Counted from the first letter of the stretch, positions 33,701 to 45,722 are shown. The stretch: 64,000 nt of DNA from an uncultured Holophagales bacterium (GCA_963842525.1 CAWJGT010000009.1:1184001-1248000), one strand, 5' to 3'. Program-made: numbers and translations. Notes: a model not told the origin generated them from the sequence alone.

Positions 33701-36700
33701 ATGTGGCGCCTCGCGACGAGACGGAGAAACGGCTCGCCGTACTCTGGCAGGAGGTGCTTGGCGTCGATCCGGTCGGCGTCCACGACGAGCTGACCGAGCT
33801 TGGCGGGCACTCGCTGCTCGCGCTCCAGCTCCTCTGGCGGATGCGCGGCTCCTTCGGTGTCGACCTGGCCCTCGGCGCCCTGTTCGAGGCGCCCACCGTG
33901 GCCACCATGGCCGCGATCCTCCGCGACGACGAGGCACCGCGGCCCGCGGCTGTCTCGCCGCTGGTGCCCCTCCAGACGACTGGTGGGGGAGACAAGCCGC
34001 CGCTCTTCCTTGTCCATCCGGCCGGCGGCGGCCTTTCGGGTTACCGCGATCTGGCACTGCGCCTGGGTGCAGACCGGCCGGTTTGGGGGCTCCAGTCCCC
34101 GGGTCTGATGGACGGCGGCGAGCCGCCGGCGGATCTGGAGACGATGGCCGCCCTCTACGTCGAGGCGGTACGGTCGGTCGCTCCGGCGGGGCCGTACCTT
34201 CTCGGCGCCTGGTCCATGGGCGGCCTCATCGCCTATGAGATGGCGCGGCAGCTCACAGCCTTGGGGGAGGAGGTGGCGCTCCTTGCCCTGATTGACGCCC
34301 ACGTGCCGGTCCCCGGCCTGGAAGACCCGGAGCCCGAGGATGACGCGGCATTGCTTGCCGATCTTTTCCGTCTCCCGCCCGTGGCCGGCTCCGTGGACGA
34401 CGTGCTCGCCACTGCCCGCCAGGCTGGCACGATCGGCGAAGACTTCGGGCCGGCCGAGGCCGGGCGTCTGCTCCACGTGTTCCGGGCCAATGTTGCGGCG
34501 GTCGAGGCCTACCGGCCGCGGCCCTGGCCTGGACGAGCGCTTCTCCTGCGCTGCCGCGAGGCGCTCCCCAGCGCGCCGGCCGAGCCCACCCTCGGCTGGG
34601 GAGCTCTGGCCACAGGAGGCGTCGAGGTCGTCTACGTGCCCGGCGGGCATGGCGACCTGGTCTTCGAGCCGCACGCGGCGGTGCTTGCCGAGCGGCTCCG
34701 TGCCTGCCTCGCCGGGCCCGCGGCTCTGCATCAGCTTTTCGAGCGCTGGGCGGACTGCACGCCGGACGCGGTGGCGGTGGTCCTCGGCGACGACCAGCTC
34801 TCCTGCGGCGAGCTGGAGCGCCGCGCCAACCGGCTCGCCCGGCATCTGCGTGCGGCCGGGGTCGGACCGGAGGTGCTGGTGGGGCTGGCTCTCGACCGCT
34901 CCCTCGACCTGGTCACGGTGGCGCTCGCGGTCCTCAAAGCCGGCGGCGCCTATCTGCCGCTCGATCTCACCTATCCGCCGGAACGCCTCGACTTCATGAT
35001 CCGCGACGCGGGCACGAAGCTCCTCCTGACGCGGAGCACCCTCAACGAGAGCCGGGAGGAGATCAGCCGCGAGAGCGCCGAGCGCCTGTCGGACGGGACC
35101 GGTCCGGACAACCTGGCTTATGTGATCTACACCTCCGGCTCGACCGGCCGGCCCAAGGGAGTCCAGGTGCCGCACCGAGGGCTCCTGAACGTGGCCGCAG
35201 TGCAGTTGGAGACCTTCGCGGCGACGCCCGACAGCCGGGTTGCGCAGTTCGCCTCCTGGAGCTTCGACGCCTCGGCTTTCGACCTCCTGATGGCCTGGGG
35301 AGCCGGTGCTGCCCTGTGCCTGGTGCCCGAAGAGGCGCGGGTCCCGGGACCGGCCCTGGTCGAGCTGCTGCGCCGGCATCGGATCACACATGCCACGCTC
35401 TCCCCTTCGGTGCTGGCCGGGCTGCCCTCCTCCGCCGAGCTGCCGGATCTCGCTGCGCTCGTCGTCGCCGGCGAAGCCTGTCCCCAGGCGGTGGTGGACC
35501 ACTGGGCGATCGGAGGGCGACGGTTCTGGAACGCCTATGGCCCGACCGAGGCCACGATCTGGGCGACCGTCGCGGAGTGCTCGATCGGCGAACGGCCGCC
35601 GATCGGCGCTCCCATCGACGGGGTCCGCGCTGCTGTGCTCGACGCCGGTTTCGAGCCGGCCGAAACCGGAGAGCTGTACCTCGGCGGCATCGGTGTGACC
35701 CGCGGCTATCTCGGCCGGCCCGCGCTGACCGCGGAGCGTTTCGTGCCGGATGCCTGGAGCGGCGAGCCGGGAGCGCGCCTCTACGCCACCGGTGATCTGG
35801 TGCGCCGCCGGCCGGACGACGCGCTCGACTTCCTGGGGCGGATCGACCACCAGGTGAAGATCCGCGGACTGCGCGTCGAGTTGGGAGAGATCGAATCGCT
35901 GCTCGACACCCTGCCTGGCGTGTCCGGCAGCGCCGTCCTCGCCGTGGACGAGCGCTTGGTGGCTTACATCGTCCCCGCCGGAGACTCCCCGACGCTCGCC
36001 GATTTGCGCAAGGGTCTGCGCGAGCGTCTGCCGGAGCACATGGTCCCCTCGACCTTTGTCGTCCTCGACGCCTGGCCCCTCACCCCCAGCGGCAAGGTGG
36101 ACCGGCCGGCTCTCCCTCGTCCAGAGCGCGGCCGCCGCGGCGATGCAGACTTGATCGCACCACGAACCCCGGAGGAAGAAGCGCTGGCAACGATCTGGCG
36201 CGACATCCTCGGCCTGGAAGAGCTCGGGGTCCGCGACGACCTTCTGGAGCTGGGCGCCCACTCGCTGGTCTTCGGCCGCTTCACCGCCCGGGTCCGCGAA
36301 GAGCTGGGCCGCGAGCTCCCCCTCCGCGAAATCTTCGACCATCCCACTGTGGCCGGCCTCGCCGCCTGTCTCCAGCGTGCCGCAGCGCTGCCCCCTCTGC
36401 CTCCGATCACCGCCATGCCTCGCGAAGGTCTGCTGCCGCTCTCCTTCGCCCAGGAGCGGATCTGGTTTCTGGAGCAGCTCTCGCCCGGCATCCTGGCCTA
36501 CAACGCCCAGGCCGAGCTGCGCTTCCGCGGGCCGCTCGACCCCGGCCTCTACGCTCGGGTGCTCGCCGAGGTGGTGCGGCGGCACGAGGTTCTGCGCACC
36601 GGGTTTCCGGAGGTGGACGGCCAGCCGGTCCAGGTGATCCACCCGCCGTATACGCCCGCCCTGCCCCTGGTCGATCTGATCGGCCTTCCCGCCGCCATAC

Positions 36701-39700
36701 GGGAGACCGAGACCGGGCGGCTGATCGGTGTCCTGATCCAACAGCCGTTCGACACGACCCGGCCGCCTCTCGTCCGCTGCACGCTGCTGCGCCTGAACGC
36801 GGAGGAGCACGCCCTCCTCCACATGGAGCACCACATCGTCCACGACGGCTGGTCGTTCGGCGTGTTCCTGGCCGAGATCGAAGCGCTCTACGAGGCGTTC
36901 GCTACCGGCCGCCCCTCGCCACTGCCGGAGCCGCCCATCCAGTACGCCGACTATGCCCTCTGGCAGCGGCAGTGGATGCGGGGCGAGGTTCTGGACCGGC
37001 ACCTTTCGTTCTGGCGGCAGCGGCTCGCGGGCAGCCCGCCGCTCCTCGAGCTGCCCACCGACCGGCCGCGCCCACGGGTCCAGCGTTTCCGCGGCGCCGG
37101 TCCCCGGATCACCCTGCCGCGCGACCTCTACACCGGCCTGCGCACCCTCGCGCGGCGCGAAGGGGTCACGCTCTACACGGTCATGCTGGCCGCGTTTGAC
37201 GCACTTCTCCAGCGCTACGCGGGCTGCGACGACGTCCTGGTCGGCGCCGGCGTGGCGAACCGGCGGGCCCGCCAGCTCGAAGGGATGATCGGCATGGTGG
37301 TCAACACCCTGGTACTGCGCACCTCGCTGGCCGGCGATCCGAGCTGGCGCGAGCTGCTGCGCCGGGTGCGCGACACGGTCGTCGAGGCGCGGGAATGGGA
37401 GGACATGCCGTTCGAGCAGCTCGTGCGCGAGCTGGCGCCCGGCCGCGACCTGGACCGCAACCCGCTGTTCCAGGTGATGTTCGGCTTTCACGACGCGGCC
37501 GTGCCGGACCTCGACTTCGCCGGCCTGCGCGGCACCGTGCGCGAGATCCACAACGGCTCGGCCAAGACCGACATCAACATCGTCGGAGTGCCTCGCGCCG
37601 AGCAGCGCGTCGGCCGAGTCGGGAGTGGGGGAGAGGACTTGGTTCTCATCTGGGAATACCGGACCGACCTCTTCGACGCGGCGACGATCGAGCGCATGAT
37701 CGGTCACTACCGCACCCTGCTGTCCGCCGCGCTCGCGGAGCCCGAGCGGCGCCTCTCGGAGCTTCCCCTCCTGGGAGACGAGGAGAGGCGCCAGGTGCTC
37801 GGTGCCTGGAGCGGCGCCGAGGCCGGGCATATTTGGCCGCGAGAGGCGTCGATCCCGGAGCTGTTCGCTGCCGTGGCCGCCGCGTCTCCCGATGCGGTGG
37901 CGATCGAATGCGGCACGGAATGCCTCACCTATGGCGAGCTCGACCGCCGGGGCCATCAGCTCGCCTGGCGCCTGCGTGCCCTGGGAGTCGGTCCGGATAC
38001 TGCCGTGGGCCTGGCGATCGAGCGTTCTCCGGAGCTGATCGTGGGCATGCTCGGCATCCTCCAGGCCGGCGGCTGCTATGTGCCGCTGGACCTGGTCTAC
38101 CCGGCCGAGCGCCTGGCCTGGATGGCGGCCGATGCGGGGCTGGATGTGGTGGTCACCTGCGGCGGCGCGCCGCTCGACCTGCACGTCGCCACCGTAGTCG
38201 ATCTCCGTGGCGAGGCCTGGGAAGCCCCTCACCCCCCTGGCCCCCCTCTCCCATCCGCCCTCCCTGCCTCCCGGGAGAGGGGGGAAGAGGCACTGCCAGA
38301 GAGCCTTAGTGCGGGGGCTCCCCTCTCCCGGAGGGCGGGAGGGCGGATGGGAGAGGGGTCGGGGGTGAGGGGCCAAGGCTTGCGCAGGACTTTCCAGACA
38401 TCCCCCGACAGCCTGGCCTATGTGATGTACACCTCCGGCTCGACCGGACAGCCCAAGGGGGTCGCGGTGACCCACCGCGGCGTGGTGCGGCTGGCCCGCG
38501 GCGGTGTCGGCGACGGCGACACCCTCCCCGGACCCGAGGAGGTACTGCTCCACATCGCTCCTCCGTCCTTCGACGCCTCGACCTTCGAGGTCTGGTGGAC
38601 GCTGCTCCACGGCGGCCGGCTCGCGGTCCTGCGCGAGCGCACCCCGTCCCTCGCCGAGCTTGGGGAGGCCGTCGTGCGGCACCGCGTGACCACCCTCCAC
38701 CTGACCGCCGGCCTCTTCCACCAAGTGGTCGATGAGCACCTGGAGGGTCTCCGCACCGTGCCGCAACTGCTCACCGGCGGCGACGTGGTCTCGGCGTCCC
38801 ATGTCCGCCGGGCCCTTGAAGCTCTTCCCGGCCGCCGGCTGGTCCACTGCTATGGGCCGACCGAGAACACCACCTTCACCTGCTGCCACGTCATGGCCGG
38901 ACCGGACGAGGCGCCCGATCCGCTGCCCATTGGCCGGCCGATTGCCGGCACCCGGGTCTACCTCCTGGACTCATGGCTGCGGCCGGTGCCCACGGGCGTC
39001 CCGGGCGAGCTGCTCACCGGCGGCGACGGCCTGGCTCGCGGCTATCTCGGCCGTCCGGGTCTGACCGCGGAGAGGTTCATCCCCGATCCCTTGACGCGAG
39101 AGCCCGGGGCGCGGCTCTACCGGACCGGCGACCTGGCGCGCTTCCGGCCGTCCGGCGCGATCGAGTTCCTGGGTCGGATCGACCGCCAGGTGAAGGTCCG
39201 CGGCTTCCGCATCGAGCCTGGAGAGGTCGAATCCGCGCTCGCCTCCTGCCCCGGGATCGGTGAGGCGGTCGTGGTGGTGCGCGACGACGCGGCCGAGAAG
39301 AGCCTGGTGGCGTATCTCACCCCGTCTTCCCCGCTGGCTGACGAGGCGGCCGGAACGGGAGCTCGCCGCCGCGGTCCGCGCCCTCCTCGCCGGGATGCTG
39401 CCCGACTACATGGTGCCCTCGGCCTTCATGGTCCTCCCGGTCCTGCCTCTCACGCCGAACGGCAAGGTGGACCGCGCGGCTCTGCCGGCTCTGGCTGCCC
39501 CGGCGGTAGACGCGTCCCGGGCGACCGCCTTCGTGCGCGCCCGCGGCCCCGTCGAGGAACGGCTGGCCGGACTCTGGGCTGAGGTGCTGGGTGTCGGCCG
39601 GGTGGGTATCCACGACAACTTCTTCCACCTGGGCGGCCATTCGCTCCTCGCCACCCGTCTGATCGCCCGGGTGCGCCGCGCCTTCGAGGTCGACCTGCCG

Positions 39701-40603
39701 GTCCATGCCGTCTTCGAAGGCGCCACGGTCGCGGGCATGGCGGCGCTGATCGCCGAGCGCCGCACCGGCGCGCCGGCACGGGAGGTCTCGCCGCTGATCA
39801 CCCTCCAGCCGTCAGGCGACCGGCCTCCGCTCTTCTTCCTTCACCCGGTCGGCGGCGGTGTTTCCAGTTATGCCTTCGTGTCCCGCCACCTGGCGCCGGA
39901 CCAGCCCTGCTTCGGCCTCCAGGCGCCCGGCCTGCTCGACGACCGTGAGCCGTTCGACCGGATCGAGCCCATGGCCGCCTTGTACGTGAAAGCCATCCGG
40001 GAGCGGTGGCCGGAGGGGCCCTATCTGCTCGCCGGCTGGTCGCTCGGCGGCTGGCTGGCCTTCGAGGTGGCCCAACAGCTTGCCGCCGGCGGAGGAGACG
40101 TGGCCCTCCTCGCCCTGCTCGACACGTCGAGGATCCGGCCCGAAGAGGTCGAGGAGGAGATGGACGACGCCACGCTGCTCGCCGATCTCTTCAACTTCGA
40201 CCTCGAGCGGACCGGCGGCGGGCCATGGACCCTCGAAGCCGTGATCGACGAGGCGAGGAGCACGGGCCAGGTGGAGGAGACCTTCGGGCTCGACCAGGCC
40301 CGCCGCCTGCTGCGGGTGCTCAAGAGCAACGCCAAAGCTCTCGACGCCTATGTGGCCCTGCCCTACCCGGGCCGCATCACGCTCCTGCGCTGCGACAAGT
40401 CCGCTGTGGCAGGGGCATCGGCCGATCCCACCCGAGGCTGGGGGAGCGTGGCGATTGGAGGGGTGGGAGGCGTGGACATCCGGCCCGTACCCGGCAGTCA
40501 CGCCTCGATCGTCCACGAGCCCCACGCGGGCCCGGTGGCCGAGACGTTGCGCCAGGCGGTCGGCGAGGCCCTGGCGGTGCGCCTGGGCGTCCTCTCGGTT
40601 TGA
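27772..40603 (+). CDS. Hybrid NRPS-PKS 3: C-T-KS-AT-KR-ACP-TE-A-T-C(ureido-type)-A-T-TE, one frameshift near 39350
   Basis: GTG overlaps the previous stop, with a GGAGG RBS. Motifs: [36 protein letters not shown] and YCAAN, TE GAWSMGG, two A domains (codes DAFTVAAIWK, Phe-like; DAFHLGCTFK, aliphatic), EHHIVHDG, terminal TE GWSLGG. Confidence 0.92.
38224..38373. repeat. Palindromic CCTCACCCC...GGGGTGAGG element, in frame inside the last A domain
   Basis: 150 bp, GCCCCTCACCCC...GGGGTGAGGGGC, shortly upstream of LAYVMYTSG. Confidence 0.85.
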
Positions 40604-40629
40604 GCTTTTTCAAGGAGCCAAGAACGATC

Positions 40630-41734
40630 ATGACCGTAGCAGCGTTTCCAACCCAGCTTGTCAGCCCCGTCGTGAGCTCCCACAACGAGTGGGACCCTCT
40701 CGAAGAGGTGATCGTCGGCGTCGTCGATGGCGCCGCTGTCCCGGAATGGCATCCGACCCTGCCGGTCACCATGCCACGCAGCCAGTGGTCGTTCTTCCGT
40801 GAAAACGGCGGACGCCCGTTTCCGAAAGAGCGGATCGATGCGGCGCGGAAGGACCTGGAGGGGTTGGTGCACCTCCTGGAGGAGGAAGGGGTGACGGTGC
40901 GCCGGCCGGAGGTGCGCGACTTCGCACGGCCCTATAGCACGCCCGAGTGGAGCAGCGCGGGCGGCCTCTATGCCGCCATGCCGCGCGACCTCCTGCTGGT
41001 CGTCGGCGACGAGATCATCGAGAGCCCGGTCGCCTGGCGCTCGCGCTACTTCGACGTGCACGCCTTCCGCCCCCTGCTCAAGGAATACTTCCAGAAAGGA
41101 GCGCGCTGGACCGCCGCACCTCTGCCGCAGCTTTCCGACGCGCTCTACCGGCCGGACCGCGCGGCGGCCGAAGAGGAGCGCGACTCCGAAGACTTCGATT
41201 CGGTGATCACCGAGCACGAGCCGACCTTCGACGCGGCCGATTTCATGCGGATGGGGCGTGACCTCTTCGTGCAGCAGAGCCACGTCACCAACCGGTTTGG
41301 CATCGAATGGATGCGCCGCCACCTGGGGCCCGACTATCGCGTCCACGTCCTGCCGGTCCGCGACGCGCACCCGATGCACATCGACGCCTCGTTCGTCCCC
41401 CTGGCCCCGGGGAAGGTCCTGGTCAACATCGAGCGCGTCCCCAAGCTTCCCCCCATGTTCCGCGGCTGGGACGTCATTCCCGCGCCGCCGCCAGAGATGC
41501 CGGCGGGCACTACTCTCTATATGACCAGCCGGTGGATCTCGATCAACCTGCTGTCGCTCGATGGCGAGCGTGTGCTGATCGAGAAGCACGAAGACGGCCT
41601 GGCGCGGGTGCTCAAAAACCACGGCTTCAAGCCGATCCGCTGCCCCTTCACCAACTTCTACGCCTTCGGAGGCTCCTTCCACTGCGCCACCCTGGACATC
41701 AAGCGGCGCGGCGAGCTTCCAGTCGTACTTCTGA
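40630..41734 (+). CDS. Amidinotransferase (glycine/inosamine-phosphate amidinotransferase family)
   Basis: SHNEWDPLEEVIVG, PRD, FDAAD, HID and GGSFHCATLD motifs, with an AAGGAG RBS. Removing one base near 41717 gives the family-like end RRGELQSYF-stop at 41734; uncorrected it reads on to 41832. Confidence 0.92.
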
Positions 41735-41774
41735 AGCGCTTGCCTGAAACCCTGGTGCATGCTATGCATACTCG

Positions 41775-42050
41775 ATGTGGGTCGAATGGGACGAGAGCAA
41801 GGCTGCCAGCAACGAACGCAAGCACGGAGTGACCTTTGAGGAAGCGGCGACCTGCTTCTACGACCCGCACCAGGTGGCCTTCTACGACCCGGACCACAGC
41901 GACGAGGAGGATCGGGACGTCCTGATCGCCCGCTCGGAAGGCGGCAGATTGCTGCTCGTCGTCTACACCCTCCGAAGCGAGGCGGTCCGGATCATCTCGG
42001 CTCGGCCGACGACGAAAAGGGAGACTCGGGACTATGAGAGAGGAATATGA
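41775..42050 (+). CDS. brnT: BrnT-family type II toxin (RNase)
   Basis: EWDESKAASNERKHGVTFEEA...RIISAR signature. Confidence 0.9.
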   Translation: MWVEWDESKAASNERKHGVTFEEAATCFYDPHQVAFYDPDHSDEEDRDVLIARSEGGRLLLVVYTLRSEAVRIISARPTTKRETRDYERGI

Positions 42051-42355
42051 TCTCGCCAAGCTGAAGGTCAAGCGGCGGGGGCCTCTGCCTGCCTTTCGTG
42101 ATGCCGAGGGGCGGCCGATGAAAGTCCGCATCACCATCACGCTGGATCAGGATCTGGTGGAGCATTTCAAGGCAGAGGCCGCGAAGCCAGGTGCTCTGCC
42201 TTACCAGACCCAGATCAACCAGGCTCTCCGTAAAGCATTGATGGACGATGAGCTGCGGCCGCAGCAGACCGAAGCCATCAAGGCGGCGCTGCTCAAGGAC
42301 CCGGACTTCTTGCGCGCTGTAGCCCGTCGGATCGAGGCCCAGGGGAGCTCCATAG
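42034..42355 (+). CDS. brnA: BrnA-family antitoxin
   Basis: MREEYD...KVRITITLDQDLVEHFK...YQTQINQALR, overlapping the toxin. End inferred from a TAG in the +1 frame at 42353; uncorrected the ORF runs into the repeat. Confidence 0.8.
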
Positions 42356-42420
42356 GCGACCTTTCCGGCCGGATCGGTCCCATCCCACCGCCGGAATTCC
42401 CCTTTCCCGGCCGTCTGGTC

Positions 42421-42850
42421 CCGCGGGACCGGCAAGGTTCCCCGCGGGGTCATGGACATTCCCCGCGGTGGCGCGCAGCGGTGCCGCGGGACCGGCGGTG
42501 TTCGCCGCGGGGCCATGGACACTGCCCGCGGTGGCGCGCAGCGGTGCCGCGGGACCGGCGGTGCTCGCCGCGGTGCCATGGACACTGCCCGCGGTGGCGC
42601 GCAGTGGTGCCGTGGGACCGGCAGTGTTCGCCGCGGTGCCATGGACACTGCCCGCGGTGGCGCGCAGTGGTGCCGCGGGACCGGCAGTGTTCGCCGCGGT
42701 GCCATGGACACTCGCCGCGGTGGCGCGCAGTGGTGCTGTGGGACCGGCGGTGTTCGCCGCGGTGCCATGGACACTCGCCGCGGTGGCGCACAGCGGTGCC
42801 GCGGGACCGGCAGTGTTCGCCGCGGTGCCATGGACACTGCCCGCGGTGGC
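42421..42850. repeat. Tandem repeat: about 7 x 63 bp, each 3 x 21 bp with a CCGCGG core, flanked by ~23-bp direct repeats
   Basis: CATGGAC at 42451, 42514, 42577...42829. CCGCGG every 21 bp. CCGCCGGAATTCCCC-(T/C)..CCCGGC at 42388 and 42854. Confidence 0.92.
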
Positions 42851-42898
42851 CCCCCGCCGGAATTCCCCCTCCCGGCGCTCTGTTATGCTCTGCCGCCT

Positions 42899-44287
42899 AT
42901 GTCGGAGCCCTCCCCCCCGATCCATCGCCCCCGTGTCGGGATGATCAGCCTTGGATGCCCGAAGAACCTCGTCGACAGCGAGGTGATGCTCGGGGAGCTT
43001 GCGCGCCGGGGGTATGAGGTCGTCAACGACCTGGAGAGCGCGGAGACGGTGGTGATCAACACCTGCGCCTTCATCGAGGAGGCCCAGCAGGAGTCGATCG
43101 ATACGATCCTGGAGGTCGTGGGGCGTAAGGGGAAGGGAGTCGAGAAGGTGCTGGTCGCCGGTTGCATGGTCAACCGGTTCGGCGACCAGCTTGCCAGGGA
43201 GATCCCCGAGATCGACGGCTTCGTGGGGCTCGACCAGCTCCGCGACGTGGGCAACGTGGTCCAACTCGGAGGCGGGCCGCCGCTGCCGGCGCCCTCGCAC
43301 CTGGTCTTCGACCACACCGCGCCGCGCATGCTCACCACCCGCGGCTTCGCCTACCTGAAGGTCGCGGAGGGGTGCAACAACCCGTGCACGTTCTGCGCGA
43401 TCCCCATCTGGCGCGGAAAGTTCCGCAGCCGCACGATCGAGGACCTGGTGGCCGAGGCCAAGCGGCTCGAAGAAGGCGGCATCGCCGAGCTGAACCTGAT
43501 CGCCCAGGACACCACCCGCTACGGCGAGGACTTGGGGATGCGCCGCCATGGGCTGCTGCGCCTGGTCGAGGCCCTGCTTGCCGGGACCTCGATCCCCTGG
43601 ATCCGGTTCCTCTACGCCTACCCGACCACGCTCGACGAGGATCTGCTGCGGCTCATGGGCACCGAGGAGCGCTTCTGCTCCTATCTCGACATGCCGCTCC
43701 AGCACAGCCACGGCGACATCCTGTCTGCCATGCGCCGGGGAGGCGATGCCAAGCGCTACCTCCGCCTGCTGGAGCGGGCTCGCGAGCTGGCACCCGATGT
43801 CTTTCTCCGCTCGACCTTCATCGTGGGCTTTCCCGGCGAGACCGAGGAGCATTTCCGCGATCTGCTGGGCTTCGTCCGGCAGGCCCGGTTCGACCACCTG
43901 GGCGGGTTCGCCTACAGCCCGGAGGAGGACACGCCCGGAGCGCAGCTCCCCAACCGGGTGCCGAAGAACGTGGCGCGGCGACGGCTGCGCCAGCTCCTGG
44001 AGGCCCAGAGGCCGATCGCCTTGGAGCAGCGCCGCCGGCTGGTCGGCCAGCGGCTGCGGGTCCTGGTCGAAGGCCCTTGCGAAGAGTCCGAGCACCTGCT
44101 CCAGGGGCGGCATCACGGCATGGCCCCGGAGATCGACGGCCGCCTGCTGATCAACGACGGCTCCGCCCCCGTGGGATCGCTGGTCGAGGTCGAGATCACC
44201 GAGGCCCATGCCGACGACCTCGTCGGGCACATCGTGGGCCCCGAAGGGCTCGCGGGCGTCGAGACCGCATCTGCGGTCACCGTGTAG
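42899..44287 (+). CDS. rimO: Ribosomal protein S12 methylthiotransferase RimO
   Basis: SLGCPKNLVDSE, INTCAFI, YLKVAEGCNNPCTFCAIP, APEIDG and a TRAM tail. Confidence 0.95.
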   Translation: MSEPSPPIHRPRVGMISLGCPKNLVDSEVMLGELARRGYEVVNDLESAETVVINTCAFIEEAQQESIDTILEVVGRKGKGVEKVLVAGCMVNRFGDQLAREIPEIDGFVGLDQLRDVGNVVQLGGGPPLPAPSHLVFDHTAPRMLTTRGFAYLKVAEGCNNPCTFCAIPIWRGKFRSRTIEDLVAEAKRLEEGGIAELNLIAQDTTRYGEDLGMRRHGLLRLVEALLAGTSIPWIRFLYAYPTTLDEDLLRLMGTEERFCSYLDMPLQHSHGDILSAMRRGGDAKRYLRLLERARELAPDVFLRSTFIVGFPGETEEHFRDLLGFVRQARFDHLGGFAYSPEEDTPGAQLPNRVPKNVARRRLRQLLEAQRPIALEQRRRLVGQRLRVLVEGPCEESEHLLQGRHHGMAPEIDGRLLINDGSAPVGSLVEVEITEAHADDLVGHIVGPEGLAGVETASAVTV

Positions 44288-44352
44288 ACCTGCTAGACTC
44301 CCGCGCCGATGCGGGGCCGGCCGGCTCCGCCCACCCGGAGCCACCCTGGTCC

Positions 44353-45321
44353 ATGCTTGTCGTCGACGACGCGTACAACAGCACAGATCTGCCGCGTGGT
44401 GTGATCGCGACCATCGGCAACTTCGACGGCGTCCACCGCGGCCAGCGCGCCATCCTCGACCAGGTGGTGCAGCGCGCCGAGGAGCTGGGTGTCCCGTCGG
44501 CCCTGATCACTTTCGACCCCCATCCTCTCGCGGTCCTGCGGCCCGACCAGGCGCCGGTCACTCTCACGACACGGCAGCAGAAGGAAAAGCTGATCGAGGA
44601 GGCGGGCGTCTCGGTGCTCCTGGTCCTGCGCTTTACTCCTGACTTCGCGCGCCTCCCGGCCCGCCAGTTCGTGCGCGACTTCCTCCATGCGCGGCTCGGC
44701 GTCCAGGAGGTCTGCGTCGGCGCCACCTTCACCTTTGGTCACGGGCGGGAAGGGAATCTGGAATTGTTACAGGAGATGGGAGGGGAGCTCGGCTTCCAGG
44801 CCTGTGGGGTCGAGGAGGTGCTCTACCAGGGCGATCGGATCTCCAGCACCCGCATCCGCAGGGCCATCACCGAAGGGAAGGTCGGGGATGCCGCGGCCAT
44901 GCTGGGACGTCCCTATGCGGTCGCCGGCAAGATCGTGCGCGGCGACCGCATGGGAAAGCGGCTCGGCTGGCCGACGATCAACCTGCAATGGGACAACAAG
45001 CTGCTGCCGCTGGACGGCGTCTATGCCGGGCGGGTCTTCTTCCCGAGCTATCCTGCCACCTTCGACTGCGTGACCAACATCGGCACGCGGCCGACGGTCT
45101 ATGAGAACTACCAGCGGGTCGTGGAGAGCCACATCCTGGACTTCAAGTCCGACGTCTACGGCGAGCGGGTGGAGCTCTCCTTCTACAAGCGGTTGCGCGA
45201 GGAGCGGATCTTCCCCAACGTGATGGACCTCTCGGCCCAGATCGCCCGGGACGTGGAGGCCACGCGGGAGTACTTCGCGCGGCGGCGGCTGGAACAAGAA
45301 GGGGCGACGATCGAGTTGTAG
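44353..45321 (+). CDS. ribF: Bifunctional riboflavin kinase/FAD synthetase
   Basis: IGNFDGVHRG, ISSTRIR, GKRLGWPTIN, NIGTRPT and ESHILDF motifs. Confidence 0.95.
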   Translation: MLVVDDAYNSTDLPRGVIATIGNFDGVHRGQRAILDQVVQRAEELGVPSALITFDPHPLAVLRPDQAPVTLTTRQQKEKLIEEAGVSVLLVLRFTPDFARLPARQFVRDFLHARLGVQEVCVGATFTFGHGREGNLELLQEMGGELGFQACGVEEVLYQGDRISSTRIRRAITEGKVGDAAAMLGRPYAVAGKIVRGDRMGKRLGWPTINLQWDNKLLPLDGVYAGRVFFPSYPATFDCVTNIGTRPTVYENYQRVVESHILDFKSDVYGERVELSFYKRLREERIFPNVMDLSAQIARDVEATREYFARRRLEQEGATIEL

Positions 45322-45387
45322 ACTTCGACATGGCGGGCCGGCCACCGCTCCGGCGGCACACCGGACCCGCCCCAGAGGGAGACAAAC

Positions 45388-45717
45388 ATGGCCAGTGACA
45401 AGATCTTTGCAATCACCGAGCAGAACTTCGAGGCCGAGGTGCTCAAGTCGGAGACGCCGGTGCTGGTGGATTTCTGGGCCGCCTGGTGCGGCCCGTGCCG
45501 GATGGTGGCGCCGCTGCTGGACGAGCTCGCCGATGAGAACGACGGCAAGGTGCGCATTGCCAAGCTCAACGTGGATGAGAACCAGGAGCTCGCTTACAAG
45601 TTCCAGGTCTCGAGCATCCCGACCTTCATCCTGTTCAAGAACGGAGAGATGGCGGACCGTATGATGGGCGCCATGCCCAAGTCCGCCTTCCAGGGCTTCA
45701 TCGACCGGAACACCTAA
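45388..45717 (+). CDS. trxA: Thioredoxin
   Basis: VDFWAAWCGPC motif, 109 aa. Confidence 0.96.
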   Translation: MASDKIFAITEQNFEAEVLKSETPVLVDFWAAWCGPCRMVAPLLDELADENDGKVRIAKLNVDENQELAYKFQVSSIPTFILFKNGEMADRMMGAMPKSAFQGFIDRNT

Positions 45718-45722
45718 ACCGC

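Noticed and set aside
41735-41832. C-terminal extension of the amidinotransferase overlapping brnT
   Set aside because: Removing one base restores a family-typical end at 41734.
42421-42850. CRISPR array, or a genuine repeat-protein extension of BrnA (327 aa) or RimO (611 aa)
   Set aside because: It is a pure tandem repeat with no unique spacers. Both proteins are complete without it, and the open frames reflect stop-free GC-rich DNA.
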